From contig CDPCPM010000280.1 in the NCBI GenBank assembly GCA_976551045.1, positions 248,001 to 312,000 on the forward strand: a stretch of 64,000 nt of DNA. The letters run 5' to 3'. Origin of the DNA: Glaucostegus cemiculus. Its lineage: Eukaryota. The stretch's first letter is position 1; the number at the start of each line of letters is the position of its first letter. Positions 36,548-49,678 of the stretch are shown one piece after another. The notes beneath the pieces were generated by a model, which was given only the letters and a program-made list of their open reading frames with translations, was not told where the DNA came from and made no database searches. A program made the position numbers and the translations under genes.

Positions 36548-36921
36548 AAAGGTGGGGGGAGGGGGAAGACAAGGTGATAGGCAAGTTCAGGTGATAGGTG
36601 AGTCCAGGTGAGAGGGGGAAGGTAGGTGGGTGGGGGAGGGGGGAAGATGTAATAGCTGAGAGGTGGTAAATTAAAGAAGCAAAGCGCTGAAGAAGGAGGA
36701 ATCTGGTAGGAAAGGGCAGTGGACCATGGAATAAAGGATGGAGGAGGGGAGGAGAAGAGATGGGCAGGTCATCAAAGCAGGGGAGGGGAGCTACAGGAAT
36801 AAGGGAAGACAAAGGAGTTGGGGAGGGGGGAAGAAAAAGAAGGGATGGTGTTACCAGAAATTAGAGAAGTTGATGTTGAGGCCATCAGGTTGGAGACTCC
36901 CAAGGTGGAATATGAAGTGTT
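36548..36921 (-). mobile_element. Penelope-like element: GIY-YIG ORF C-terminus and 3' region
   Basis: The minus strand encodes HFIFHLGSLQPDGLNINFSNFW*, followed by a pyrimidine-rich 3' region. Confidence 0.85.
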
Positions 36922-37329
36922 AAAAAAGGAGATGGCCTCTTAATGCCTTCCTTCATCTCATCATGAAGGTTTCAATGACCATCTATTGTCTTGCCCTGTG
37001 TAATTTCAATGTACGGAATCAGAATATCCCACAGCCAATGACTGGTTTTAATGACCTTAAAGTATCAGTTTAAGATGAATTGTGAACAGGTTTTATTTCC
37101 TGAAGACTGATACTCATTTTAATCAATATCTGCTATCCATAAATTCATAACTCCAGAATAATCCCTAGCAGTGTTTCAGCTTGCATCAAAGGTAGCACTA
37201 TAAACAGAACATTCTTTCTTGAATGTAGTAACTCAGTTCACAGTTGTGGCTTGCACAGTAATGTCTTCAAGTTCCTCAGGGTAACCTCACACCGGTACAC
37301 CTATAATCCTTTAAAAAGGGCCTGTTCAA

Positions 37330-39945
37330 ACAATCAACCTGTAGCTTAAGGAAGTGCAGTCAGAGAGGGAATGGGTAACCACTAGGAAGAGAAAGGGAAG
37401 CAGGCAAGTAGGTAGGAAAACCTCCAGTAAATCTCATTACAGAACTGTTATTCCATATTGGGAAAAGGCAGGGTGCAAATGTTTCTCTGGGGCGGGGGTG
37501 CAGCCAGAACCATGATCACACACTGTGGGTAGCTCAGCTGCACAAGATGGGTGGAACAAGAGTCCAACGACAATATTGCAGGAGAACTTGGTAGCGAGAG
37601 GAATAGAACAGATTCTGCTTTAACTGTAGATGTGAATCAGTGAAGGTGTTTTGCCTCCTTGGTGCTAGGGTCAAGGTGTCACAGAACCGTTACAGGGTAA
37701 TCTAAAGGGTTGGGTTAGGTTAGGTCAGAGTTCGTCATTCACATTGGTACTAATGACATTGGAAACTTGAGGACTGAGGTCCTGCAGCCTGACTTGGAGA
37801 GGTAGGTAGCAGATTAAAAAAGGAGGTCTTATGATATGTTTATTTATTAATTAGTCACATGTACATCGAAGCACACAGTGAAATGCGTTTTTTTGCGTTA
37901 CTGAGAATGTGCTGGAGGCAGCCCACAAGTGTCGCCACTCTTCTGGCGCCAACCTAGCAAGTCCACAGCTCCTAACCTGTACGTCTTTAGAATGTGGGAG
38001 GAAACTGGAGCACCCAGAGGGAACCCATGCAGACATGGGGAGAACGTACAAACTCCTTACAGACAGCGGCGGGAATTGAACCCAGATTGCTGGCACTGTC
38101 ATAGCGTTACGCTAACCATTACACTTGCTTCCAGTGCCATATGCTAGTGAAGTGAAGGAGAAGGAGGTCAAATGAATTTGTGGCTGAAGAGGTGGTACAG
38201 GAGGGAGAGCTGGGACTGTTGCTGGGGATGGTGGGAAGCTGGACAGTTTGCACAAAATAGCACTAGTAGGCAAGATTAAGAAAAATCCCAAAACATTTTA
38301 TAAATATTTTCAGAACAAGAGGACTCATGAGGGACTCAAGTGACAATCTGTGCATGGAGCCAGAGGACATGTGTAAGGTCTGAAATGAATACGGCTCATC
38401 TGGGGAAGGTTCGAGAATTCAAGGAAGGGGATAGTGGAATTCTAGAACAAATTTAGCATTGAAAAGGAGAAGATACTAAATGGTTTAGCGAGCATGAAGG
38501 TGTATTCCCAGGGCCTGATGACAGAAACTTTCATATCTTCTCTGGCCCCAGAAGAAGTGCCAGATGATTGGAGGACTGTGAATGTGGTTATTTTCAAGAG
38601 CAATCAGCCAGCTGATTACAAACCAGTAAATCTAAGTTGTAATGTAAGTGGTCATGCACGTAGATAGGGTGGTAAAGAAAGATCATGGCATACTTGCCTT
38701 CATTGGTCGGGGCATTGAATATAAGAGTGAAGAAGTCATGTTGCAGCTGTATAAAACTTAGGTTAAGCCACATTTCTGAGGGACAGGATTAATCGATGAT
38801 TAATCCCCCCTCTCAAATCAACGGTAATCAGCATAGCTTTAAGGGAAGATCCTATCAGACTAATTTGAATGAACTTTTGAAGGATATGACTCTGTTAGTA
38901 AGGGTAGTGGAGTTAATGTAGTCTATATAGCGTTAACTAAGACCTTTAAGGTCCCACATGGGAAACTGGTCCAAAATTTAAGGGCCCTTTGGATCCAGAA
39001 TTAGCTGGATTGTAGAGGGTGATGGCTGGGGATTGCTTTTGTGATAGGATTCTTGTCACCAATGGATGTACCTCAGAAATCGATGCTGGGACCCTTGCTG
39101 TTTTGTTATATACATTAATAATATGGATGTATCTCTAGGAGGTATGATATGTAATGCTGGTGTCACAAAAGTTGGTGGTGCTGTTGATGGTGAGGAGAGT
39201 AATCTTTGGCTGCAGAATGTTATTCGGTAAGATAGGCAGAGCAGTAGCATATGGAATTTAGGCCCAAGGGAATATTGAGGAACAGAACAACCTTACTGTA
39301 CAAGTTCAAGCATCCCTGAAACTGGAAGCACAGGTCGATAAGGTAGTGAAGAAGTCATATAGGATACTTGCCTCCATTAGTTGGGGCATAAAGTACAAGA
39401 GCAGTTAGGTTAGGGTGCAACTAAGTAAATTACTAGTTATTATGTGGAGTATTGTGTGCTGTTCTGTTGCCCCATTAAGGCTGGGATGTGATTGCAATGG
39501 AAGGGGTGCAGAGGAGATTTACCAGGATGTCATCTGGGATGGAGTGTTTTGGCCGCGAGGACAAATTCCTTGGTTGGGGGAGGCTGAGGGGAGACATAAT
39601 TGAAGTGTATAAAATTATGAGAGGCATTAATAGGATAGATTGGGAGAGATATTTCCCCCATTAGAGTGTGTCTGTGACCAAAGGACATGGGTTTAAGCTA
39701 AGGGGCAGGTGACGCTGAAGTATTTTTCCATCCAGAGGGTGCTTGAAATAGAGAGAACAACCTGGGGAGCTGGTGGAAGCAGGTGCTCTCACAACATTTG
39801 AGAAATATTTAGGTGGGCACTTGAATCACTATTGTATAGAAGGCGACAGGTTGAGTGCTAGAAAATGGAATGAGTAAACATAGATTCTTTGTGGCTGGCA
39901 CAGAATACCAATGGCCAAAGGGCCTGTTTCTATACTATAGAAACA
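37330..39945 (+). mobile_element. Long deleted CR1 copy including ORF1 esterase remnant
   Basis: VFCLLGARVK and VIHIGTNDI (SGNH-esterase-like ORF1, 37640-37765), RT remnants (kvphgkl; VPQKSMLGPLLFVIYIN at 39068-39120), and tail ggccaaagggcctgtttcta. Confidence 0.85.
37833..38122 (-). mobile_element. V-SINE with Rex1-type tail, inserted in CR1 ORF1
   Basis: Reverse complement is nearly collinear with 2808-3092. B-box gggttcaattccc. Confidence 0.85.
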
Positions 39946-39989
39946 TATACTATTTATACACATAAATAATTAACCAATTGTACAATTAT

Positions 39990-42800
39990 ATATGTATATG
40001 TTGACTTCTGTTGCCTGACTTCATATATTTTCTCACTCCCACTACTTTTCACATTTTCTCCATGTCTCCATTTACAGTCCTCCATACTCTGGTCATCAGC
40101 ACAGTCCTGATGGATCCCACTGAACCTGTGCCTGCTGAACTTGTCCAGTGACACCCTTCTGGCTCCTCTTCCTTTCTTCCACCTGTCCTTCCCAATTAGG
40201 CAATACTAAGCTCAGCTGTGTCCACAATGTTGTTCATCAGCATTTCATCTGAAGTATACCCTGTGTTGTAGTATATAGTGGTCCTGTACACAAGCAGAAA
40301 TAATGTCCGATGGACTGCTTGGATTCCTTATCATAAAATGGTGCTTCATTATTTGCGATTGGATTGTTCGGTTTCCACATTAGGTGCTTGGTGGTATGGA
40401 GCTGTTGCACTATGCCAGACTCCACGAGAGTAAAGGAATGAGGCAGACCAATCTGAGCTGTAGACCATTGTCTACAATGGTCTGAAACTAGGACTGTGGC
40501 CAGAACTTCACTCTAAATGGTTCCCACATGAAGAACATGGAAATCCTTTGGTATGTGTGCTTATAGTATCTTAGGAATTAACATGCAATCTCCCCATACA
40601 ACCATCCTTGACTCATTGCTAATCCTGCCTTCCACTGGGAAGTCTGATCTCCTTCTCTTTCCAATTTATCAACTTTCTCATGGAATATTCATCTACCTCA
40701 AAGAAACATCTTCATGGGTGGTACTAGCAATGTCTTTGGATGGAAAAATCATTAACAACTTGCATTTCAAAAATGCCTTGTTCCTGACTCTTTTGATTTT
40801 CATTACTCGTTAATGTGGTGCAGGTGCAACAGAAAATGACTTGTTGTATTTATGGAATTGCCATTTTTGGAATGGATGACTTTGGTTCAAAATTTCCCAC
40901 CAGTGGTTTATGGTTCACTACCATACCTTCCAACCAGATGCTTCTGAAATTGAGTAACCCCAAAATAAAGGTTGGAGCTTCTTTTTTTTAATTCACACAT
41001 GATTTTCCTCATTGGAGGTGAAAGTGCAGGAAATTTACATTATTAATAACTCATTGCCTAAATTTATTACATGAGTAATTACTGCACCCATCCCGTAGCT
41101 AGAGGCATCACGTGGAAGTCATTTTGGTTTTTACCAGTTTTAATGAACAAATTTTTTTTTGTTCTGTATAGCTTGTGAGCCTTTGCTCTTCAGCTCAGAG
41201 CAAGGACTTGCTTTTGTGTAATACCTTCTGAAGGGGACGCAATATGGTGGTTAAGCTTGGTAGAAACATTAAATCAGAATAAGACATAACAAGGAAGTAA
41301 CAAAGCTAAATAATGTGAGCTGGCTATCTTGCATGCAATGAAATTGCACCTTTTCTCAGGCAGGTCTCAAATTGTCTCTGACTTCTTGACTCTGGCTTCA
41401 ACTGTGCATAGATACAGGACAAATTGCTATTGAGAGCAAGCTGATTCTGCAAATAAATCCTAACCAGTATGGAATGGTTACAACTCATTATCACTGGTGC
41501 TGTTAAGGGTTACTTCTGAGTCCCAACAAAATCGTGCAGTTTTGTCCACCGATGGTGTTGTTGATTTGCTGCGTGGGACCATCTTGTTCTGATTTAAACA
41601 GCTCTTCCTCCACCTGCAGCTTAAAGCCACAGGGAACTAGTCTTCGACCATAAATGGGCTTGGTTCCTGGATGAATGTGAATTGTTGGTTCCAAGATCCA
41701 CATTCCTATGTATGAGTCAGTGAAGAGATGCTCCAACTGTGCCAAAGACTTCTGTATGCTCAAAGATGCTGTGCCAACACTGGATGACTGCCCAGTTAAA
41801 ATGCAGTGCCGTAGCCAATCCTTCCCCATCAGTATTGACTGTCTCATGCAATTGGCCACATTCATTGGCAGCTATTTCTCCATGTCCATGTCACAAACTG
41901 TGCATAATATTTCCTTGAGAATCTGCAAGACCTCCACAGACTACATTTCCAAGATGGTACTGCAGCTTTCAAATGGAGTTGCATTGAACATGTCAATGAC
42001 ATTTATGAGCTATCTGTATCAGTTGCCATCTTCACTGAATGACCATTTATCATAAATCACCCTTGTATTTGCCAATGTGTGGAAGGCCTGTTTTCATGGC
42101 TGTAAATGTACAATTCTTGAAGTTGCCTGACATGTTTACAGCATTCTTATCTGCTCAGCGTTCTATCATTACCATTTTGGTCTTTCCTGTTTTTTAGCCC
42201 CTCACAACCCTAGAATTTCCTGTCAAAATCACTTCCTATCACCGACCAAGTGATCTGATATTGTAGACAAAAAAAAGGAATTCCCACTATTATTTTCATT
42301 TTTTGCTTAGAGGATGCTTGTACTCCAGAATCACACCCCATGCAACTGCCTCATATTATTAAATATAACTTCTCATGTAATGGTCATTCTACAAGCTCCT
42401 TTGAATGTTAGTTCCCCTGTGTTTGCCTAAATTCTCTAATCTGCCAGTCCACGCTTTGAGTAATTTTGTAATGCCTGATCTAAAGAGGTTCAGAAACTTC
42501 CATCTTGTCATTGTCTTTGACTTGACTATAATTGCCTGACTGATCATTTCCACTGGTCCTTGTGTGCATGTGCTAGACTTGTAACTCCTGTAAATCTCTG
42601 AAAGAACGGAATTAAAATATCCCTTCATGGTTTGACCATTTCTTCATTTGAAACTTCGGCCATACTTCGTAGTATATCACAATCCTGCAACTCCCTCAAG
42701 GAGCAACATCCCATCCTCGTTGACAGTGCAGTGACTGTAGGCTATTTCATGTTTCTGCTTGAACTGGTAAATAACAGGTAGAGTCATTAACAGAACATTC
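39990..42800 (-). mobile_element. Heavily decayed Gypsy/Ty3 internal region (gag-pro-pol-int remnants)
   Basis: ORF 41503-41865 (LMGKDWL...IHIHPGTKPIY..RLVP.GFKLQVEEEL). Integrase-like VSD/DNGLQ at about 40455-40490 and TGPLY in ORF 40237-40425. Gag-like remnants at 42100-42630. No paired LTRs found. Confidence 0.62.
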
Positions 42801-43274
42801 TTTTATGAAGGAAGTAGCTTTCATCCATTGCTGGTATAATGATAAAAATCAGAGCCAAGACATGTAAGATGCAGTGAAGCATTTAAATAATGGATCTATG
42901 AAGTTGATTGTCAGTGTGCAAATTTCTGAATGCTTGCTTGCTGTGACCTCTTCATGTTGAGTTCAATTTGAATATTCCACTGACCAAAAGGATTGTCTGT
43001 TCTTAAATACATGGTATTTTTAGAACCTTGCTTTAAACCACACTTCATCACAGGTAAGATGATCAGATTGTTTTAATTCCATAAGATAGATTCTTATCAT
43101 AATCTATCATAAATATTTTTCTCTTTGTAGGTTAATTTCAGTAAAGTTGGAAATGATAGTAGGAGAGTTTTAGGTGGCTGGCTTTGAAAATTTAATCTCA
43201 TCAACAAAGAAGTCTTATTTTAAATGCTTTGCAGTTGTCTGTATTGCTCTATTGTTATTGTCTCTCTATATCCC

Positions 43275-43352
43275 ATCAGAATCAGGTTTATTATAACCGA
43301 CATATGCTGTGAAATTTGTTGTTTTGTGGCAGCAGTACATAGAGACATAATG
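43275..43352 (-). mobile_element. Rex1-type 3' tail fragment
   Basis: atcagaatcaggtttattat...gtgaaatttgttgttttgtggcagcagtaca is the reverse of the tail at 56830-56898. Confidence 0.55.
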
Positions 43353-43499
43353 TGCTTGTAAATTGTAATTCTGATCATCTGATCTTTGTTACCTGTTCAA
43401 ATAAATTTCAAATAAATAAAAGCCTTTGACACATCTTAACTACTGGCAGAAACACTGGTAATGGCAATGACGTCAATGGTTGGAGGTCATGAATTGAAG

Positions 43500-43825
43500 A
43501 TGCTGCATAACCACAATGTCAAATTACAATCAGTTTAATTCTTCATCTCACTCCCACTCCCACTCTGACCTATTTGCTTGGGGCTTCCTGCACTGGTCCA
43601 ACAATGCCCAACATAACCTGAGGAACAGCATTTCATCTTTCATCTGAGCACATTGCAGTCTTTAGAATTCAACATTGCATTCAACAACTTCAGCTAAATT
43701 GGTTTCTCTATATCAAAACTGACCAGTAAATTATTCATCCGTAATATTAGTTCAATCGTTCTCTTGCCACTCACCCTCCTGATATTCTGGGCATTTCCTG
43801 CAACTTTGACCTGCTCGCTTTTGCT
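43500..43825 (+). mobile_element. Penelope GIY-YIG C-terminus plus terminal arm
   Basis: Encodes FNSSSHSHSHSD and EQHFIFHLSTLQSLEFNIAFNNFS*. Confidence 0.7.
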
Positions 43826-44339
43826 CTCTTTGTACACAAACCTGGGGACATTAGGAACACTGGCACAGAATCTGTTGTCCTTATTGTCCATGATCATTGG
43901 AAGACTCTTTTTACTCTTTCTTTAACAACTGCCTGGTTTGTAGGTTTTTGTCCATTTCTAGTCAGAATACATTTCAGTTCATTGCAATTCTGGTGATAAG
44001 AAAAATTTGAATCAACACCCAATTTGTCAAGCCAAACATTATGGATGATTTCTCTTTTGCTCTTCCACTGTCCAATAAAAGTGATATGGACAAAAATCAG
44101 CAAAGCAATCAGTTTATTCTGGTGTAAAATCAAGATGGGTTTGTTACAGCTAAACAAGCGTTTGCAGTCTAAGATTGGAAACCTTATAGTCAGTATTCCA
44201 GAATAAAGCTTCCCTTTCAAGTGAGATATAATGCATACATTCCTCTGCATCTGACATAAAAGTTTGCTGAGTTGCAGTTTTTTTATTGTGTACTGAGATT
44301 GGCTCAATGTGAACTAAAAGTAGTAAGGAGTCAGCCATT

Positions 44340-44590
44340 TAGGAGATGAAAAATGTCTTCACCCAGTGGGTTGTGAATTCTTGGAATTCTACATTCCAGA
44401 AGACTCTGGATGCTTGGTAATTGAATATATTCAGTGATGAGATTAATGGATGTTTGGAAGCTAAGGGAATCAGGGATATGGAGTTAGCATGACTATGTTA
44501 AGTTGCGATAAAACATTAGCTATGTCCTTATTGAAGGATGAGCAGCTTCAAGCAGCTGCATAGCCTCCTATTTCTGAGATTCTTATGTCT
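44340..44590 (+). mobile_element. CR1 3' end
   Basis: ttcacccagtgggttgtgaattcttggaattctac...aagggaatcagggatatgg...ttcttatgt. Confidence 0.7.
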
Positions 44591-45107
44591 GCAAAATTCT
44601 GTTTAACTGAATATTATACTGTTCTTTCATCCACTACAGATTTGTTTAAATGTACGTTTGTGTTCACAAATGGAGTTGACCTGTAGTAAAGTGCCTACAA
44701 GGTAATTATCCTTATCTATATAAATCTTGTGCACCATAAGGAACAGACATCAGTGCTTTAGACCTTTTCAAAGGACAATAGTGATGAAGGAAAGTGCTGC
44801 AGGGCTCTGATTAGTTTGATCTTGATGCATGATCTCTCTTCAGCCCATATGTTTTCCACTGAGAATAACAGTGCCTGAGATCCCATCTCTACCCAATATA
44901 TTTTTTAAAAAATATACTGAAGCCAATTTTAATATTACAGCCTCAACTGAGGTCAGCTCACTTGCATGTTTTGGTGATGAAATGTAGAATGTTTTGTGAT
45001 GTTCATTTCCACATTGTCACATGATGAGTTAAAGTATAAATTCAGAAAGTATTTGATTTGATGAGCATATTTTTGAGTAAAATGGAGACACGTTGCATCT
45101 TTGTAGA

Positions 45108-45268
45108 TAAAGGAGACTGCAGATACTGGAATCTGGAGCAAAAGACAAACTGATAGAGAAGCTTAGTAGGTCAGGTAGCACCTGTGAAGGAAAATGGCCA
45201 GTTGACTTTTTGGGTTGAGACCCTTCATCAGGACAGCCCAGAGGGTCTTGACCCAAAATGTCAACTCT
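45108..45268. mobile_element. Penelope-derived palindromic mini-element (right arm truncated)
   Basis: gagactgcagatactggaatctggagcaa...gttgactttttgggttgagacccttcatcaggac, then the inverted gggtcttgacccaaaatgtcaac. Same family as 61326-61550. Confidence 0.75.
45200..45235 (-). ncRNA. Decayed minimal hammerhead ribozyme core
   Basis: Minus strand TGTC CTGATGA A GGGT CTCA ACCC AAAAA GTC AACT. The GAAAC motif is mutated. Confidence 0.4.
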
Positions 45269-46769
45269 CAATCTTAGTTTCTGCTTTTCAGTAAATTGAG
45301 TGGAACATTGATTAGATCTGAACTATGTTGAAAGAGAAATTCAAATTGAGGAGTTGCAATTCATTCTACAAGAGAGAAGGAAAATTCACTGAGTACATGG
45401 TGATTTTAAGAGTACTTTGTGGATCCTTTAGGCTTCAGATGAGTAAAGAAAAGGTGTTAGGAATAGATAAGAAACTACTAAAAAAAAACTTGAAAATATG
45501 CTACCAATTTGCATATTTGGCTGTGTTCATTGAAATTTGTGTGCATCTGAAGTGAAAAGTTGGAACTAAATGAGATGTGTACATGTCTGCAGCGTGTCTA
45601 CAGTTCTATAACTGTGAAACATTTTGATGAAATTAAGTGAACCAGTGTAGAAAGTGTAGCTTTTTTTGTTGCTCAAATATGTTGTGCCCACAAAAGCAGG
45701 ACAAATGCATACTGCCCAATTATCAATTCATCAACAACTCTCAATCCTCAGCAAATTGCTGGAGGGTGTTGACAGTGCTATTAAATGGCAGTTATTCATC
45801 AATACCCTGCTCACTTTGAGTTTGCCATAACTGCTTGGCTTCAAAGCTCATTCATTGATGGTGGTAGTGATCATTCATGGTTAGGATAGTCACCTTCATG
45901 GATTATTGGGTGGCCAGTGGTTGCATTGATGCCTGAAAGTATGAGGCTCAAGCCACAGACTATTTGACAGATACTACAGACTATGGTGGACAAGAGGGTC
46001 ATTTGAGGTCTTACTTCCATTTTCCTTCCTTTCCTTTTACTTCTGTCGTGAGATCACTACAGCATTGAATAAAATTGAATAATCCCTCTCTCATAAGATG
46101 ATCGACATAGCCTTGATCTGGGCTAATACCTAGCTCTCATGCCTTAAGTATCCTAAGCATTTTCTCTGACTGTCTCAAGTTTTTCCTCCTTGACTAACAT
46201 GGGAGTAGAGCCATCAATAAGGTAGGCACACATCGTTTTTGATTTTATTTTGATGTAAACACACTGTTCTGCCCATCACATTAAATGTTCATTGTTTTAA
46301 ATGTCGCTACTGTGGGCATCAGGGAGGACTCTGAAATTCATGTGCCAATCCTCCATTTAATATCAGGGATCTTCTGCATGTGGCACTGTTTTTGACATTC
46401 TAAGTCAATCGGGTGGTTTTAGTAGGCTGTTTCACAGCAGTAGACAAGGTTTGGGCTTAATCTGGCCTTATATACAGGGTGCTTAGTTTGTCTTGTGGAC
46501 ACTGAATGATGATTCAGCTTTCCAAAGACAAAACTGGTACATTGGATCTGTACTCAATCTCCCTCTCAATGTTTGCCATTTGTGAGAAATGATTGTCACG
46601 GTATGTAAGTTGTTCAGAATTCTCTAGTTCCAACCCATCAGTGATGATCTTTCTCAAGGGAGTTGATTGCCTTGAAGAAGGTCAATCGATAGGCCTGGAG
46701 CAGATTTCATTATAACATTTTTTGATTCATAGTCCAAAAGAGCAGAATTCAAAATGAATTCGGAGTGCC

Positions 46770-47000
46770 TGCCCTCAAAATCAAGGGAGCAAATAACTGA
46801 ATTTGGCATCAAGGAGCTCCAAGTGAAATTGAGATATTAAGGGGAAAAGTCTGCATTGCTAGAGTCACAAGCAACACCAAGATGTAAGTGGTCGAGCTAC
46901 AGAAGTTCCTTTGGGCATTATTCTAGGCTCAAACATCTTTCATTTTGTCAATTATGACTTTCCCTCAAACATATGGTCAGAACTTTGGACTGTTTGATCA
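46770..47000 (+). mobile_element. RT fragment of the CR1-group LINE family of 52040-57092
   Basis: ggcatcaaggagctccaagtgaaattgag...aaggggaaaa aligns to 55115-55165. Confidence 0.5.
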
Positions 47001-47719
47001 TTGGGTGCATCCCAGGTATGAAAATAAAATTTTCTGCTTTCAGTTATCTATACTTAATTACTAATTCTCCTCTTGATAGGTGAAACTGGAGTATATTAAC
47101 CTTAGTGCTTTCCCTTGGGCTGAGAACATCCAGTACTGCAGTTAAAATGGTGGATGTTCTTGTTTTCCTTTACTGAAACATCATTCAGATATACAGTTGT
47201 TCAAGCAGTACACAGAAGTGCAAATATAAGATCATTGCTCAAAATCTTTTATAAATTAGCCAATGAAATTAAACAAGCTTTGGTTTTTTTATGCAACTTA
47301 TCAATTTGAACCATTTTCTTTGTCATAAGATTACAGTTGACCTGTCTAGATGTTTAATCCTCTCAAAAACATTGTGGACTTTATGCTTAATTCTGCCTTT
47401 GGAAATTGAAATGAAGTATAAAACAGTTTCTGTTCGTAACTTTCTTTCCTAATTGTGGTATTTCTGTTTGTGTAATGGTTCCAGTGTGTTTTAATTTTGC
47501 TGCACTTAGTTCAGTAACAGTGCAGTGCATTTGATTTGAGGGGCATTTGAGAAGTAACAGAATCCTTATATTATCTCACCTTTCATCTGCTGAAAAGTGA
47601 GAACAGATACCGGTACGTAACTGATATTCCTTAAGTGTCTGCTTCATTGAATGCTTGTTAAAATGAGTATCTGAGAGAAAGGCCCCAACTCTTTAGAGTA
47701 CAGAACTTTAAAATCAGAA

Positions 47720-48015
47720 CCATGAACTCCCTCATCCCTCCATCCTTCCCGCCAACACCAAAGGATGCTAGGTGTACAAAAATGCACCAGCACTTTAAAT
47801 ATCCAATGACTGCTGCTTCAGTACGCTCATTCTAAGAATATCTTATTCGAGTCTCTTTTTAATTTGTGCAGTTCCAATGTCGTTAATGTCTTTCTGTCTT
47901 TGCGTCTCTCATTGTTTTTTTAATGTGACCAGCACCTTGATCTGTGGAGTACGGTATCTCGCTCCCATGCATGCTGAATGTGTATATGGAAGTGACAATA
48001 AAACTGATTCTGATA
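47720..48015 (+). mobile_element. Rex1 3' UTR (same subfamily as 30830-31168)
   Basis: Shared ctcatccctccatc, gatgctaggtg.aca.aaatgcaccagca, ggtatctcgctcc.atgcat and gtgacaataaaactgattctgat. Confidence 0.8.
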
Positions 48016-49464
48016 CATGGTTGGATTTAAATGTTCAATGTAAATTCAGTGCATTTATAGATTATACCAAACAGAAAGGTCAACGGTATTTAAGAAACAA
48101 AATAAGTTAAATACAATGGGTTTGAGTAGGGCAAAAGCAGCTTAAGTTCAACATGGGAATATGTTTTGTGCTTTGGGATGGGGTGGGGTAAGTGGCGTCA
48201 GGTGGGATGGATTGGAATTTGGCTGATTACATTGAAAGTAGGTGAACTTGAAAGTAGGCTCGAGATTTTAAGTAGATTTGGTCTCCAAGACAACCAATCC
48301 GTACAATTCCAACAATCAACAAGACAAAATAATATCAGTAAGTGTAAGTTAGAAAACACTGTACTTTAATTATTTGCTGTCCTGATTAGACCATGGCAAT
48401 ATGTCATAATGCAATATTGCAAAACAATTTATTATCTTTGTATTTTCAAATTAAAATCATATTAGATTGGTAAAGTAATGCTCAGCATAATGTTTAAAAT
48501 TATTATTAAATGGTCCTTATCCAAAATTATTTGTATTTGGTTTAAATTTGAATTGTAGTGAAATGGTATTAAAACATCTTACGATTAAACTTAAAAGTAT
48601 ATTGAGATGCGGGGATGTAGTTACTACATTACGCATGTCAATATGTAGTTACTAAATAATACACTGGATCATAAGTGGAATTAGACTGCTATTACCCTTC
48701 ACTGTTATTTTTGCTGTGCTTGTTAATCACAGACACGTTTTTAAATGTGCAGTGAAAATGAAGCAATGCATAGCAAAATGAAATACACAGTTTCATATTG
48801 AATAACCTTTTCTTTCAGAAAGAAAACAATAAGTGCCATATTATAGTCAATGATGTGACAGAGAAAATAATAATAACCTGTACAAATATGGTACCTAATC
48901 GCAATTGTTCATGTGTTGTAGTAAAAATTAGAACGTAACAGGGAGAGGGAAGTTGTGGTCAAGAGAGACAGGAGAGAGCAAATGTTTCTGATTTACATCT
49001 CTAGGCCCAACATGGTCCTTGGTTTCAGGTCTAGTTTTATGTCTAGACCTGGTTCAGCCCGCTGTGGTCTCCTGTTCCCAGTGCTTGGCCTGGTCTTACT
49101 CCTGTCCTGGTACGACTCCTGGCTAACATCTGGCTAAGAGGTCCTCAGTGACCCAGAGCCTGTTGTTCACCTTGGATCTTCAATGCAGCCTCCAGAATAC
49201 TCCTTCTGGTCATGGAGCAGAACAGGGCTGCTTAAGTTCATTGTAAATGGTGTGGTAACATCACTGACCACTGTTTAAAGAGTTGTGGCATGGCCTAGGG
49301 CTTTCTGGTGATGATGATACACCTTCTGTTGGCTCTACAGTAAAATTAATAGCCAATTTTCTACTTTTATATAGGAAGATAATATACATATATGGCTGTG
49401 ACATACAGCATGGGTGCGAGAGGGATACAATGTCCGAGGCTACAAGGCAGGCCAAGGAAAATAA

Positions 49465-49678
49465 AAAAAACCTGCAGATATTGGAAACCTGAAATTAAAA
49501 CCACACTGCTGGAACCACTCAGCAGATCAGGCAGCACCTATGGAGAAGCAAATAGGTGTTGTTATGGAGAAACAACACCCTTTATCAGAACAGGATCAAA
49601 GACCTGATTAATTCTGTTCCTCTTTCTATGGTTGATACCTGACCTAATGAGAGTTTTCAGTATTTTCTGTTTTTTTTC
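49465..49678. mobile_element. Penelope-derived palindromic mini-element
   Basis: Left arm ctgcagatattggaaacctgaaattaaaa...ctcagcagatcaggcagcacctatggag. Right arm ctatggttgatacctgaccta...ttttcagtattttctgttttt. Confidence 0.65.

Noticed and set aside
36354-36812. 152-aa Pro/Leu-rich ORF
   Set aside because: Reads through the pyrimidine-rich 3' region of a Penelope element into flanking DNA.
43894-44307. 137-aa ORF
   Set aside because: No recognisable domain or convincing splice boundaries; it runs up to a CR1 fragment.
48819-48890. Open 72-nt segment after a good acceptor (KENNKCHIIVNDVTEKIIITCTNM)
   Set aside because: The donor GTACCT is poor and the peptide is unrecognised.
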